Part shown: one piece after another, positions 62,631-64,000 of the stretch
Position numbering within the stretch: the first letter of the stretch is position 1
Layout of the letters: each line of letters starts with the position of its first letter
DNA from: Candidatus Oxydemutatoraceae bacterium
Lineage (GTDB): Bacteria > Pseudomonadota > Gammaproteobacteria > Poriferisulfidales > Oxydemutatoraceae
Assembly (NCBI GenBank): GCA_965218975.1
Contig: OZ244717.1
Span: forward strand, 1,824,001 to 1,888,000
Length of the DNA: 64,000 nt
Reading direction: 5' to 3'
Position numbers and translations under genes: made by a program
The notes under the pieces: model-generated
Seen by the model: the letters and a program-made list of their open reading frames with translations, nothing else
The model's database searches: none
What the model was told of the DNA's origin: nothing

Positions 62631-63659
62631 TCAAACCCTGCCATAGGAAAAATTCCTTATCAAAAAGAGAAACAACGGCGCCCCAATCAATGCGGTAATG
62701 ACGCTAATCGGCAATTCGACAGGCGACATCGCCGTACGACTGACCAAATCGGCGATAAGCATAATCAACGCTCCGAGCAGCATAGATGCCGGTAATAATA
62801 ATTTATGGTTCGCGCCGACGGTAATACGTACCAAATGCGGTGCGATCAACCCGACAAAAGCGATCATTCCGACTACCGCAACCGACGCGCCGACACACAT
62901 AGAAACGGCAACGATCAACATTAATTTCAAACGCTCGACTCGGACACCGAGATACATTGCGTTGCGCTCACCCAAAGCAAACGTATTTAACGGATACCAC
63001 ACGGCAAAAATAGCGATCAAACTCGGAATAACAAGCACGCTAAGCACTCCGACCTGAATCCAAGAAGCATCGCTTAAACTGCCCAGCATCCAGAAAGTAA
63101 AACTGCGTAACTCCGTGTTATCGGCAATCACGGTGAAGAATCCGATCACCGCTGCGGCAAGTGCGTTGAATGCGATTCCGGCAAGCACTAATGTAATTCT
63201 ATCGGTGTGGCCGCCATAATAAGACAAGAGATAAACCACACTTGCAACCAGCAAACTTCCGATAAATGAAGCGACCGGCAACGACGACAGTTGCGTCGCA
63301 TACAGTCTATCCAGACCAAGCACGATGACAACGATTGCCGCACTCGCAGCACCCGCGGATACACCCGTCAACATCGGGTCTGCTAAGGGATTGCGAAACA
63401 AACCTTGCATTGCCGCACCGCCACCGGCAAGCGATGCCCCAACTAGAATCGCAAGCGTTAGCCTTGACAAGCGCAAGTCCAGCAGAATGATTCGGTTGAC
63501 CGCGTCCGCAGGTTCGCTCACCGTGCGATCAAATACGCCTAAAATAATGTGTAATAATTCTGCTGGCGTATATACGACCGTGCCTAGACATAAAGCGAGC
63601 AAAAAGCAGGCAATAACCAGCAGACCGAGTATTGATAAAGCGCCGCTATGCGAGAACAC
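62631..63659 (-). CDS. FecCD/HmuU-family ABC permease
   Basis: QGLFRNPLADP..GVSAGA, FWMLGSL, LGE..A.YLGV, FVGLIAPHL.R, GAPLF. Confidence 0.9.
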   Translation of the reverse strand: MFSHSGALSILGLLVIACFLLALCLGTVVYTPAELLHIILGVFDRTVSEPADAVNRIILLDLRLSRLTLAILVGASLAGGGAAMQGLFRNPLADPMLTGVSAGAASAAIVVIVLGLDRLYATQLSSLPVASFIGSLLVASVVYLLSYYGGHTDRITLVLAGIAFNALAAAVIGFFTVIADNTELRSFTFWMLGSLSDASWIQVGVLSVLVIPSLIAIFAVWYPLNTFALGERNAMYLGVRVERLKLMLIVAVSMCVGASVAVVGMIAFVGLIAPHLVRITVGANHKLLLPASMLLGALIMLIADLVSRTAMSPVELPISVITALIGAPLFLFLIRNFSYGRV

Positions 63660-63758
63660 GCAAATAAATTAGCGGATGAGACACCGCATCACAGAAAAAT
63701 ACTAAAACTACCGCGCTTTGAAAAGTGCTAACATTTCGGCAGAATGTCGCAACCGCGT

Positions 63759-64000
63759 CTAACGCAAAGCGCCCTGATCAAAATCCACTTTGACGACGAC
63801 ATCGGTTTTTAGGCGCGTCTGACAGGCAAGAATCATTCCGCTTTTTAATTGTTCATTGTCCAGCACATAAGAGAAGTCGCTCAGCGGCTTAATTTTCCCC
63901 TCTTTTAAATAACAACGGCAGGTTCCGCAACTTCCGACACGACAGTCATGCGGCCATTTGATACCGGCATTTAATGCCGCTTGCAGTAAGTTAATGCTGC
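63759..64000 (-). CDS. Plant-type [2Fe-2S] ferredoxin (domain), 5' end beyond right edge
   Basis: Hand translation NLLQAALNAGIKWPHDCRVGSCGTCRC...MILACQTRLKTDVVVKVDFDQGALR*; Cx4Cx2C...C motif. Confidence 0.88.
   Translation of the reverse strand, partial: SINLLQAALNAGIKWPHDCRVGSCGTCRCYLKEGKIKPLSDFSYVLDNEQLKSGMILACQTRLKTDVVVKVDFDQGALR

Overview
Gammaproteobacterial chromosome window. A DsrS-like gene next to cysG suggests a sulfur oxidiser, and the giant adhesin plus small coiled-coil genes suggest a host-associated lifestyle (both inferences). From left to right: (1) a giant secreted Calx-beta/FN3/cadherin protein of at least 5000 aa on the minus strand, running off the left edge and missing from the ORF track; (2) a 3.6-kb tandem array of six mosaic small coiled-coil/TM genes, apparently leaderless, interleaved with seven copies of a conserved palindrome-rich non-coding element, the last of which lies upstream of the giant gene; (3) pal and a DoxX-DUF692(MNIO)-DUF2063 RiPP maturation trio with no visible precursor gene; (4) two inverted IS1634-family copies with 27- and 30-bp target duplications; (5) cysG, dsrS-like, VWA/AAA and Sel1 genes, then secF-secD-yajC; (6) an AT-rich glycosylation islet beside tRNA-Ser, with five tandem ~930-bp glycosyltransferase units (four fused in A-B-A-B order) and a GT10 fucosyltransferase; (7) housekeeping genes csrA, lysC, alaS, recX, recA, cinA, mutS, greA, carAB, HIT, M23 peptidase, metF-like, metY, heme/iron ABC genes and a partial ferredoxin. 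A 91-bp non-coding element is shared by the upstream regions of the giant adhesin and the multi-GT gene. All family assignments come from motif recognition by eye, with no database searches.
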